A stretch of 64,000 nucleotides of DNA, from the IMG/VR virus record IMGVR_UViG_3300021399_000106, positions 1 through 64,000 of that record; one strand, given 5' to 3'. The position numbers were made by a program, and so were the translations under genes. Numbering within the stretch: position 1 is the first letter of the stretch; every line of letters begins with the position of its first letter. Shown one piece after another: positions 11,582 through 22,968 of this stretch. Source of the stretch: a virus. Taxonomy: Duplodnaviria > Caudoviricetes. Under the pieces are notes generated by a model. It was not told the origin of the DNA. It did not search any database and saw only the letters and a program-made list of their open reading frames with translations.

Positions 11582-12751
11582 ATGAATAAATTATTAAGCT
11601 TTGATGAAAAACTATGAAATGAATATTATAACATAGTAAATACTAAAATAAAGGAAATACTACCTGAAATAAGAACTATTATTAAAGAGTCTATATCTAA
11701 TAATTTTGATTCTCTTTCCGATAAAACTATTAGTGATTTATTTGATATTATACTTAATGATTTAATTAAGAGTGGATTATGTAAGAAGAATAGTAAATTA
11801 AAAGGTTATCCTTCCTTAAATATAAAATCAGATAATATATATGTTAAATATCTACCAATAAATGTTGACCTTTATAATTGTAATTTAAAAAATTATTATG
11901 AATCTCTTAGTATGTCATTAATGTTTGAAATTCAATCTACCGCTGGACCTAATGGGGTTTCAGTTGATTCAAATTTAAGTGATCACATATATCAATTTGA
12001 AAAAGAATTACGTAAAAAGGTTTATAAATGTGAATATAAATTAAATGATAATCAAAAACAACAAAGAAAAGATTTTGATATTAAAAATCAAATAATGCAC
12101 GGTTATAATTGTCCACCTGAGTATATAGATGATCTTAAACGTTTAGGTAAAGTAGTTAAGGCACCTAAAAATCCAAATAAGGAATTCCTAGCTTTAGAAT
12201 TTAATCAAAATGATTATTCTAAAATTAAATTATTTGATGCAAATAATGGTTCACTTGTAGGTTATATTGGTGTTAGAGGAAATGGTTTTATTGATGGTTT
12301 AAGAGTTAGTAATATGTATCAAGGATTAGGTTTAGGTAATTGATTATTTGAATATGCTTTAAATCATGGGGCTTATAAATTAGACTGTGCCGGTGTTAGG
12401 GCTATTGAACTTTATCATAAATATGGTTTTTTAGCAATTGGTGTATCATATGATGGAAATTATGATAAAATTAATACAGAGGAAAAATTTAAAGAATTCA
12501 AAGATAAATTTGATAATCGATTATATAAGGATTTCCGAGTAGCACATATGTATAAAAAGGACCACTTAAATGAAGTACCTATAACATTAGAATTGGCTAA
12601 AGAGGTAGATAAATATATTAGTGCAAATTATAAAGGTATGGAAGAGGAAGTACCTATTAAAATAAAAAATAAAGAAATTTTGGAAGAGTGGAATTATAAT
12701 TATTATACTTTACAAAATGGATTAAAGGTTAGATTAAGAAAAAGAGACTAA
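11582..12751 (+). CDS. GNAT-family acetyltransferase domain protein (TGA=Trp)
   Basis: joins 11912-12343 and 12548-12751 in frame; YQGLGLGN(W)LF and AIELYHKYGF GNAT motifs span the TGA. Confidence 0.75.
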
Positions 12752-14256
12752 GGTAATTTTAATAATTACCTTTTTATTTTGCACTTAAAATGTAATAAAA
12801 ATATTAAAAAGTATTAAAATTTATATATTTTGTATTGTATAATAATATTGAAGAGGTGATTATATATGTTTGGAAATTGGACTAGATGGGATAAAGATAG
12901 TTTAAAGAAAATTGTAAAGACAGCATTATATGTTGATGAGGAAGAAATTGTATCTTTAAATTGCGAAGATGAATTTTATGGGGATATGGTAGAGATGTGT
13001 CATTATATTAACTCATTAGGTATTCATTGTGCAATAGATAGAGATAGAGATTCAATTTCATGTTCTACAATGCCTATTAAACAGAAACCTTATCCTTTAT
13101 ATCCTGAACAAGATTATTATGATAGAATATTTAATATAAATATTACTGTTAATTAATGGAGGAATAGTATAATGGATGATAAAACACTATTACAAATATT
13201 TCAAATAATAATCAATAATATTGGTATTGATAAATTTGATATATTTGAAAAAATAGAATTATATAAATTAAGTAATGGAGAATTATTTAATTGTGAAGAA
13301 GTATTACAAATGTTAGAGATACAAAGAAAAATAAAAGAAATGGATGGTAAGTAAAAGAAATGAAAAAAGTTATAGCTTATATTATTTTAGGAATTGTAGT
13401 AGCTGGTTTAATTGCATTAAATATATGGTTTAGTACTTATTGTTATAACTTAAATTATACTTTATACTTAAATGAGTTTAATGCTCAAATAAGTCAATTT
13501 GGATATTATAAAGAAGATATACATTTACTTAATCAGATAAATGAATATAACAAATTTACTGGTTTGTTAATTGTTAATATTATAAATTATATGCTTATAA
13601 TCATTGGAATAGGTATTTCAATATATGTTATTGAAGATGTATTTTGGTGGTAAATAAAGGTTATAGAGGTGGCTAATATGAAAAGAACAATTAAGATTAA
13701 AGATATTGAACATATTTCAACTGTAAATAAAATTTGTAAACAACCTCAAAATAGAGTTAAAGATAAAAAAATTTGTTATGATTGTCCTTTATTTTTAGGT
13801 TTTGCTTGTTATGCAAATATAATGTATTTAATAGACCAAGAAATAGAGGTAGAAGAGGATGAAAAGAAGTAATACCAGTCAAATAACATTTAATGACATA
13901 AGAAATGTTTTCGCTTTTATAAAAGTTGTATGGAATGGTCAAGTTATTTTTGATGATGATTATGATAATGGTTTTTATGACTTAACAGGTATATCTAAAT
14001 CTTGGCTTAAGAAACATACTGGAATAGATGGATTACATTATATAGAAGAAAAATATGGTGATAAGAAAATTTATTCATTTTATGCAATGGTTGTTGAAGG
14101 ACATCATTTTGAATTATATATTGAAGGAGAATAATTATGGATTTAGTATTTGATATCTGTTTTATCTTGTTTATGCTTTGGGCTGGTAGTATGCCATTTC
14201 TTGTTATTTTAATGATTAGAGAAGAATATAAAAATAAGGATAAGAGTGAATAAAAT

Positions 14257-14841
14257 ATGAGTGAATTTTTAAAAACTAAATTTAATTCTAAAATATTAGA
14301 TAAACAAGAAAAGAAAATTGAAACTTATATAGTATACGTTAATAGATGTAGAATTGAAATCACTATTGATGAAAATACTCATTCTTTAACTGTATATTAT
14401 GTTGATTTTAATATTACCTATTCCTATAGATGGAGACCATTTAGTTCAGATAAAACTTTTAAAGAGTTTATAGGCCAACCAGAAGATATTCATTATTTTT
14501 TAAATAAGTTAGGTATTGTAAAAGATGAATTTAGTTTATCTAAAAGTAAAAGAGAATTATATTCTTATAGCCTTCGTAATTTCCATTATGGATTATCTAA
14601 AAAAGAAAGAAGTGAATGGTTATCAAGAATAAATGAATTAAATGAAGAAACATTATTTTATGAAGGAAATGGCGATATTAATTTCTGGGCTTATACCGAA
14701 GGTGGCGGTTATATAGATACAGAGGATATGAATTGTAAGGTTTGTGATTATTCTTATCAAAATTTAATTATCATAAATGGACTTATAAAGGTAATGGAAC
14801 AAATTCAAAAAGAAATATTGAAAAAGGATAAGGATGAATAA
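14257..14841 (+). CDS. hypothetical protein
   Basis: 194-aa ORF. Confidence 0.7.
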   Translation: MSEFLKTKFNSKILDKQEKKIETYIVYVNRCRIEITIDENTHSLTVYYVDFNITYSYRWRPFSSDKTFKEFIGQPEDIHYFLNKLGIVKDEFSLSKSKRELYSYSLRNFHYGLSKKERSEWLSRINELNEETLFYEGNGDINFWAYTEGGGYIDTEDMNCKVCDYSYQNLIIINGLIKVMEQIQKEILKKDKDE

Positions 14842-15212
14842 TATGTATAAAGGAACTGAATTAAAAGGAAAATTAGGACATATTAATAAAGAATTAAAAC
14901 CTTTAAAAACATTTAAACAATTAAAACCATTATATCAAGATGATGATTTAATGGTAACTAGAGATAAGTTAGATTATTGTGAATTATTTTCAAGATCCGG
15001 AACTTTATGGGATGCTTATTATTTAGATGAATATAATAAATATTATAATGATGAAATAATGGAAAATTATAAAGATTATGGATATGATGAAAAACCAACT
15101 TATATATTAGTTAGAAGAAATAAGTATAGATGGATTGTATTTGATTATGAAGATGAGTTAATAGGTAAAGATAAATATGGTAATGGAATAAATGTGTTTG
15201 AGGAGGTATAAG

Positions 15213-15812
15213 ATGAACAAAGAATTAGAAGCATTAAATAAATGGTTAAAAGAATATTTAACTTTATGTGAAAAATTAAATACTAATCAACAAGAGAAAA
15301 TGCTATTAAATAATAACTCTCCTTATAACATTTTAAAAACATATTTTGAATCCATAGACAACACAAATCCTAGTGAAGCATTGGAAAATTTAGAACAATT
15401 AGTTGAAATGGCTGATAAATGTTGGGTTAGTTGTGATGTTCACAAATGGAAGAATACTATCAAACAAGACTTACTAAAAGCACAAGAGCAAGAAAAGAAA
15501 CTTAAAGAAATTAAAAAGAAACTTAAAGAAATTAAAGCTGATTTAACAATAGAGCTACATAATAAGAAAAACGCAATCGAAATGTATAAGCAACAATACA
15601 TATTAAGAGAAAAGCAAGAAAAGGTGCTTGAGATTATTAAGAAAAAGAGAGTTAATGTTGAGTGGTTTTGGAATGACTTTGTAGATAATGGATTTGGTTA
15701 TCATTATTATTTAGAAAAATGGTATAAATATCAAAGCACTGATAAACAAAAACTTACCGAAGAAGAATTTGATTTATTAAAGAGGTGGCTAGGAAAGGAT
15801 AAAAGTGAATAG
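15213..15812 (+). CDS. coiled-coil hypothetical protein
   Basis: RBS GAGGAGG; 21-nt tandem duplication 15495-15536 (KKLKEIK x2). Confidence 0.7.
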   Translation: MNKELEALNKWLKEYLTLCEKLNTNQQEKMLLNNNSPYNILKTYFESIDNTNPSEALENLEQLVEMADKCWVSCDVHKWKNTIKQDLLKAQEQEKKLKEIKKKLKEIKADLTIELHNKKNAIEMYKQQYILREKQEKVLEIIKKKRVNVEWFWNDFVDNGFGYHYYLEKWYKYQSTDKQKLTEEEFDLLKRWLGKDKSE

Positions 15813-18800
15813 TATGTTCATAGCAAAAATTATTATATATACTATTATGCTTGTTATTTTATTAATTATGAGTATTAAATATTTATTTGAAACAATTAGC
15901 GATTTTATTAAAACTATAAGGAGTGAATAGATATGGAATATAATACATTAAAAGTTGAACCATATAAAAATTTAATAATTGAATGTGACCATATTTATTT
16001 ACATCAAACTTCAATAGATTTAGAAATTGGAGTTCCTAATGAAAAAATAGAACAATTTGATTATTTGATTATAAATGGAATTAAGTTTAAGAGAGATAAG
16101 GGTGAGTAGATTATGAAATTAGAATATAGATATGGTCAAGTTTATTACACTGATTTACATCCAGGAGATATGATTCCTGTAACAGCAGATAATTATATAG
16201 TTTTAACTGAGAATGATATTGATGAAAATGGTAATTTAAAACAACCTTTAACTCAAGTATCAAATAGTTTAGAATTTAGTAAGTATAAGAGTGACTAATA
16301 TGAAAAAGAAAATTAAAGATTTGACTTATTTAGAAATAAGAAAAATTTGTGATAAATATTATGACGAGGATGATGACAATTGCAGTTTTAAATGTCCTTT
16401 CAAGTTATTAGACAATCGTTGTAAATTACAAAAAAGCAGTATTGAAGTTGGCAACGAAGAAATTGAGGTAGAAGATAAATAATTATTTTTAGAGATAGGA
16501 CTTGAAATATAGTCCTTTTTTATTTAACCGTAATAAAAAATATTAAAAATTATTAAAATAGTATAAATTATATTGTATAATGATATATAAGAGAGGTGTT
16601 ATTCAATGGCTAATATGGCGAAAATAAAAGATTTAAGTTTTGAGGACATAGTTACTATATGTGAAAGATTTAATGATGCTTGTGAATGTTGTGGTTTATA
16701 TATAGATTCTACTGGTGGTTGTTATAAACGATTATATAAAGAATTAAAAGAAATTGAAGATAGAGAAGTAGACCTAATTAAATTAAATAAGGATAAAGAA
16801 GAATTAAATATTAAGCAAAAATTAAAAGACGTATATGGTGAGGATTAGCATTATGAGAAGAACATTATATATTTATAGATATACAACTGAACCTGAGGCA
16901 ATAAAGGAATTTGGAAGTAATTTCTTTGTTTTTAAAGATAAGATATTAGAAGAAGATGAAAATGAATATATACTTAAATGTTATGACTATATAAGAAAAG
17001 GTATGGTTGATGACCCTTTTGGTGTAATGAATGAATCTACTAATACTGAAATTAACTATACTTGGTTCTCTTTAAATAATAATAAAGAAAGAATGAATAC
17101 GTTTAAAAGATTGGTTAGAGATAAATTAACTCAATATGAAAATAAGGTTTCAGAAGAGTTAAATTATGTAAGAAATTTAATTAGTAATATTAAGGAGGAA
17201 TAGAATATGGAATGGTATCAAATTTTGTTTCTTATAATTTTTACTGAAATAATTATAAATATGTTCGGTGCTGCTATCTATGCTAATTTATATGATAAGT
17301 TGGATGTATTTGTAGCAATGCCAAGTGACATTAAAGATAATACTGATATGAATTGGTTTGGATGTATTGTTTGTTATATATTACTATTTATTTTATTTCC
17401 AATTGTAAATATTGGTAAAGTTATTTATTGGTTATTTCATATTTAAGGAGGATTAATTATTATGGAAAATAAAATTGAACTACAAGAATTAAGTTTATTA
17501 ACTTGGTTAAGTCGCGGTAATAAGGATAAACTAATTGAATTAATGTGTAAATATACTGGTTGTGAACCTGATGTATATACAAATGATGAAATAATTAGTT
17601 TATTTGAACGTGCATTAATTGATATTAGTAGAAAGTATTATATTAAAGGTTTATTAAATGAATATTTTACTGCTAGACATGAGTGGAAGACTTATGCTTC
17701 CATCTATCCAAATAGATACACAGAAATTGATGCTGAAATTGACGCATTAGGAACTGCATTATTCTCAGTTTATCCAAAGGTATTTGATGAAGAGGATAAA
17801 TTAAGAATTGAAGAACTAAGAAAAGAATATATGGAGGAGTAATAATATGGAATTTGATGAATTAGAATTATTATATAATAAATGGCAAGCTAAGCAAAAG
17901 GAAAATTTTAAAATTAAATCTAATCCATATCCCACAGATTATGTTTTTGATGAAGATAAATCTGTTAAATGGAATAGAGAAAAAGTTATTGAAGAAAATA
18001 AAAAGATAGAAGATAATAAAAAAGAATTTAAAAAACAATTAACTGAATCAAGAGAAAAGTTCTATGATGCTTTATATCAATATATTAAAGAAGATTGTGA
18101 CTCAGGTAATGATAAAACTTTAACTAGAAAATTATTTGATATGATTACAAATTATATTTACGAAAATTATGAAGATGACTATTATTTCGAAAATGGTTTA
18201 TATAGCACTGTTTCTAGATATGAAGATATACTTGAATTTATTGATAAAGCTATTTCTATATTAAAGGAGGAATAATTGTATGAATTTTTATGAAGTTATA
18301 GGTATAGTAGATGATATAATAGAAAGAAGAATGCCTGAACATTATATAAATTATGTACAAAGAAACATTGCAGCAAGTGCTTTAGATGCATTATATTTAA
18401 CAGAACAAATAGATTCACTTTTATATAGTGAGTTAATAAATTATTACAATAAAAAGAAATATAAGTAAGGAGTAATAATTATGAAAAGATATAAATGTTG
18501 TAAATGTGATGAAGAAATAAATACAGTATTAACTAGATTCTTTGATCACAATGGAGACGATTATGAAGCTGAAATTAAATTTAAACAAGTACCTAGTAAT
18601 GCAATAGTTTTTGATGTAAGAACTAATTGGGTAGGTTATGGAATTTCAGATAGTTTTGAAGATATTGAAAATATGATTAGTTGTCCTAAATGTCATAAAT
18701 TTCCTTTTAAAGGTAAGGAAGTTCAGTGTTATGAATATTTAGAAGTTGTGTGTTTTAAAAAGTAAAAAAGGAGAAAAAATAATGGGAAGAATATTTTATA

Positions 18801-19997
18801 AACAACCAAATGGATTAATGACTATATTCTCAACTAATAGTGATCGTCCTATTTATTGGAATGTTAATAAGGAAGATTATATTAAGATTAAGTTGGAAGA
18901 ATATAAAGAAGATTTAGAAAGAGATGCTAAAGAAATCTTTGATGATGAAGATCCTTATTATGTTAAAGATTTTGAAGATATGCAAGATCAAATTATTCGT
19001 AACTATGAAGATAAAAAAGCAGACTTTGAACAGTATTTAAATGATGTTGGTTATGAAGGTAATATTGAAGATTTCAAATACTTATATGGCATAAATTATA
19101 AACCTTGGGAAGAAGAAATCGAAGATGAAGATGATGAAGATGACGATTTCAAAAACGATATCTATGATATAAGTTATGCTAGATAAGAAAATAAGGAGAA
19201 AGAACATTGAGTAAAGAATATTTAGATGTAACAAAAGATAATCAACAATATTTCAATATCTATCATATTTTCGTTTCTCATCCTTTTAATGTTGCAGTTC
19301 CTACTGAAAGCAGTATAAATGAAATTTTAGGTAGAAATGACAGAGGTGAATAAATATGGAATTAACAAAGGAAGAGAAAAAATATATACTATCTTTAATT
19401 GATAGAAATACTGAAGCAATATCTCATTTAGAGGGTGCTATAAGTGATGATGAATGGATTTATGAGATCTATGATATGGCTAATTCAATTAGAGAAAAAT
19501 TTAAAAAGGATAAGGATTAATTTTAATTTTATGCAAAGTTTATTAGATGATACTTTAATATATTGTAATAGAGAAAGAACTAGAAAATGTGAGCGATATG
19601 CTCGAAAACATAAATGTTCATTTCTGGAAGCCTATAATATTCTATATAAAACTAATTATAAATATACTTATGAAGAGAAGTTAGAAAGGTTATCATTAGA
19701 TACTTCACTAGTAAATAATAGATAAGGAGGATTAAATTATGAAAAATATTGGAAGAATTAAATTTGTTAAAACAGAAGGCGATGACATATTAAATTGGAC
19801 ATGTATTTGTCCTCATTGTGGTAAAGAAGTTAAATATGGTGATATGATGAAAACATCCGGCATAAATAATTGTCCTAATTGCAATGATGAGGTAAATAAA
19901 CAAATCGCATTTGATAAGAAAACAAATTATGAGGTTTATGTTAGAAAAGCAATTAATAATGAATATGAACCATATATGTATAGAGGTGAATAATTAT

Positions 19998-20612
19998 ATG
20001 ATATTTACATTACATAATCAATCAATTAACCTTGAAGATGGTGATACCTTAACTGTATATAAATATAATTTTGATGAGAATAAAGGTATAACTATTAAGG
20101 AAGAAAATTATAAAGCAAAAATAACAATATTTGAAAGTGGCGATGCTCATTTAGGTTTTGAAAATGATGAGCATTGTTGTAGTGAAGATTATTTTTCAAT
20201 GTGTGTTAACTCTATATATACCGCTTATTATTTAAGTAATGATGAATTAACAAAATCTAGGTTTATTGACAGCATTCTTAAAAAAATTGATAATAGAATT
20301 AATTGGTTAGAAAAAGAAAAAATAGAAAAAGATAATCATTATGATACAGCAATAACAAAGTTATATAATATGCATATAAAAGCTGAATCATTAATATTAA
20401 TGAAAAAGAATAATTTAACTGAAAATAATGTTAAGGAATTATGTAATTTTGCAAATAAGGTTGTTGATAAATTATGTGGCGACCACGCTGTTATAGATAC
20501 AGGTTCTATATTTGATGTTATGAATGTTGTATTAGATGCTTTAAATAATTTAAATGAAAAAGATTTAAATAAGGTTCAAAAAATAGTAATGGGTAAATAT
20601 TGGTTAAGTTAG
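19998..20612 (+). CDS. hypothetical protein
   Basis: ORF; start re-called after RBS GAGGTG. Confidence 0.65.
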   Translation: MIFTLHNQSINLEDGDTLTVYKYNFDENKGITIKEENYKAKITIFESGDAHLGFENDEHCCSEDYFSMCVNSIYTAYYLSNDELTKSRFIDSILKKIDNRINWLEKEKIEKDNHYDTAITKLYNMHIKAESLILMKKNNLTENNVKELCNFANKVVDKLCGDHAVIDTGSIFDVMNVVLDALNNLNEKDLNKVQKIVMGKYWLS

Positions 20613-20790
20613 AGGTGATTTATATGAAGAAGAGATATGTAGATCTCGGTTGGTATTTAAAAAAAGATTCTGAAAAAGTTGAAGTTAGTACGGAGGACTT
20701 TTTAAAACATTTAAAAAGGATAAAAGAAGAAGGTATTGAAGAAAAATACGTTATTTTTGATAGTTATAATTCTATTAAGGAGGAAAATTA

Positions 20791-22575
20791 ATGAGAGATA
20801 TATTTAGAGGAGATTTAATTAATGTAGAAAAAGCATTACATTGTATTGCGTATAAAAAACATTTTAGTGATGAATTTGTTGAAAAATTTATAAAAAAATA
20901 TAAGAATAAAAAATTATATACTTATCGTTGTTATATAAGTGATAAAAACAGTCTAGTACTAGAAAAGAATGATTTTAGATATTATTTAAAGGATGATGCT
21001 TTTAATGAAATATTAAAAGATAAAAAAACTTCTATACGTAAACCTGATTATCAAAATAACCGACAATATTTTAAAGATATGAAATGCTATTATAATCGCC
21101 TTGTTTCAAATATTAATTATGATAAATATATTATCGCGGATGAAAATTTAATTCAAAATATCTATATCAGAACCCAAAAAATTATTGTTAAAGGTCCTAA
21201 TGAGGTTTATTTTATCAATGGTAAGAAGATAAGAAGAATTAATTTAAAAAAGTCACAAAATAATAATCAACAATGGATTAATTATGTACTTTTTGAACCT
21301 ATTGATCACTGGCATAATAATTTAACTAATTACAACTCATTAACTAGAAATATCTATTCTGAAATATTTATGGATAAAATTTTGGATAAGTTAGACCTAA
21401 CAAAGGACACCCTTCCTTATAAAAATGAGAATTTTTATAATAATAACCTTATAGATCTTTCAGACGAACAAATTAATTTGTATCAAAATGAAATTTCAAA
21501 ATTTTTCCCCTTAGTAAAATATACGAAGGAACCATTTAAAATCGTTGGTAATGAGATAAATTGTTTTTCACAGGAAAATGAAATTCCATCATACATAAAG
21601 AAGAAAATTGCTACAAATTATGTACAACCAAAGTTACAGATTAAAGATATAGAATTTATTGTTAGCTATTCTAATCCAAAATTTAATTATGTTAATAATC
21701 AGGAAATATTATGTAGATACGGTGTTTGTAAATACATAGGTTTAAAAGATATTAATATAATTAAACAATTTTTAGATTTGGATATATCTAAAAGTGAATT
21801 ACAATATTCCGGTAACTCTTTAAAATTATATTATAACTATTTAAAGAAATATTATAAAGGCAAGTTAAAAAATATCGAGGTACTATTACTTAACAGATTA
21901 AAAGAACTTACGGATACAAATCATTGTACACTTTTTGATTCCTTACGAATGTTTCAACGTGCAATTTTAGTTAGAAGACGCTATAAGGATAAACCATTTA
22001 AACATTTGGATATGGATTATTTACTAAAGAATGGTTTACGTGATATTCATGATACATTATCTCAGATAAGTAGAGATGATACTAATATTTTAAATTATAA
22101 GGTTTTTGATGATGTTAGCAATTATGAAAAATATGAGTTTACAATTAATGGATACCAATTCCTGATGCCTCGTAATAGTTCAGAATTAATTAGATTAGCT
22201 GATATAATGAAAAATTGTGTAGCATCATATCAATTAAATATTTTATACAAAACTAGTATCATAGTATATGCTACAGATAATGCCGAAATAATTGATTATA
22301 TAAGAAATAATATTGGAGATATAAAAGATTTAACATCTAGGTTAGAGAAAGATGATATACAAAGTCCAGCTTGTATTGAACTTAGGGAACAACATGTATT
22401 AGAATATAAATCTGATGAATCTAGTAACTCTTCAGCGGAGGAACTAAATGTAACACAGTGTTTTGGTAGACATAATCATAGTTTACAAAAAGTTAATCCT
22501 AATTTGTATACTACTTGTGAGAAATATTTTAATAATTTAAATGCTAATTTTAGAGGTGATTCATCATGGTTTTAA
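20791..22575 (+). CDS. PcfJ-like domain protein
   Basis: C-terminal IHD..S...ELIRLADIMKNCVASY pattern typical of PcfJ-like domains. Confidence 0.55.
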   Translation: MRDIFRGDLINVEKALHCIAYKKHFSDEFVEKFIKKYKNKKLYTYRCYISDKNSLVLEKNDFRYYLKDDAFNEILKDKKTSIRKPDYQNNRQYFKDMKCYYNRLVSNINYDKYIIADENLIQNIYIRTQKIIVKGPNEVYFINGKKIRRINLKKSQNNNQQWINYVLFEPIDHWHNNLTNYNSLTRNIYSEIFMDKILDKLDLTKDTLPYKNENFYNNNLIDLSDEQINLYQNEISKFFPLVKYTKEPFKIVGNEINCFSQENEIPSYIKKKIATNYVQPKLQIKDIEFIVSYSNPKFNYVNNQEILCRYGVCKYIGLKDINIIKQFLDLDISKSELQYSGNSLKLYYNYLKKYYKGKLKNIEVLLLNRLKELTDTNHCTLFDSLRMFQRAILVRRRYKDKPFKHLDMDYLLKNGLRDIHDTLSQISRDDTNILNYKVFDDVSNYEKYEFTINGYQFLMPRNSSELIRLADIMKNCVASYQLNILYKTSIIVYATDNAEIIDYIRNNIGDIKDLTSRLEKDDIQSPACIELREQHVLEYKSDESSNSSAEELNVTQCFGRHNHSLQKVNPNLYTTCEKYFNNLNANFRGDSSWF

Positions 22576-22968
22576 ATAAAATTGTGAGAAATAATAAGGA
22601 AATAACTTTACCTAGACAAGTTACTATACCAGATAATATAGGTAATTACAGAGATTCAGATATATGGTTTACTATTTTTGAGGCTGTTATTGATGCCTGG
22701 AATGAAGATTTAAAGGAGAAAAATAAAAATGAAAGCAATTATTAAAGCAGGAAAATATTCCCATATACACACATGCAGTAATTGCGAGTGCGTATTTACA
22801 TTTACTAAAAAGGATTGTATTATGAATATTTCTAGAGGAAATTCTAAAACAGATTATAATATAATTTGTCCTGAGTGTGGAAAAAAGGATAAAGTTCTAA
22901 TTAATTAAACTAATAATTAAACTAAATTATTTATATAGATAACAAAGCATAAATAGAGGAGATAAAAT

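Larger units (their letters stand above)
12866..20791 (+). other. array of ~25 short hypothetical ORFs (hypervariable region), incl. small membrane proteins 13360-13653 and 17207-17446 and Cys-rich paralogues
   Basis: densely packed + strand ORFs with RBS; no enzyme motifs recognised. Confidence 0.65.

Noticed and set aside
15495-15536. 21-nt tandem duplication
   Set aside because: Ordinary in-frame heptad duplication in a coiled coil.
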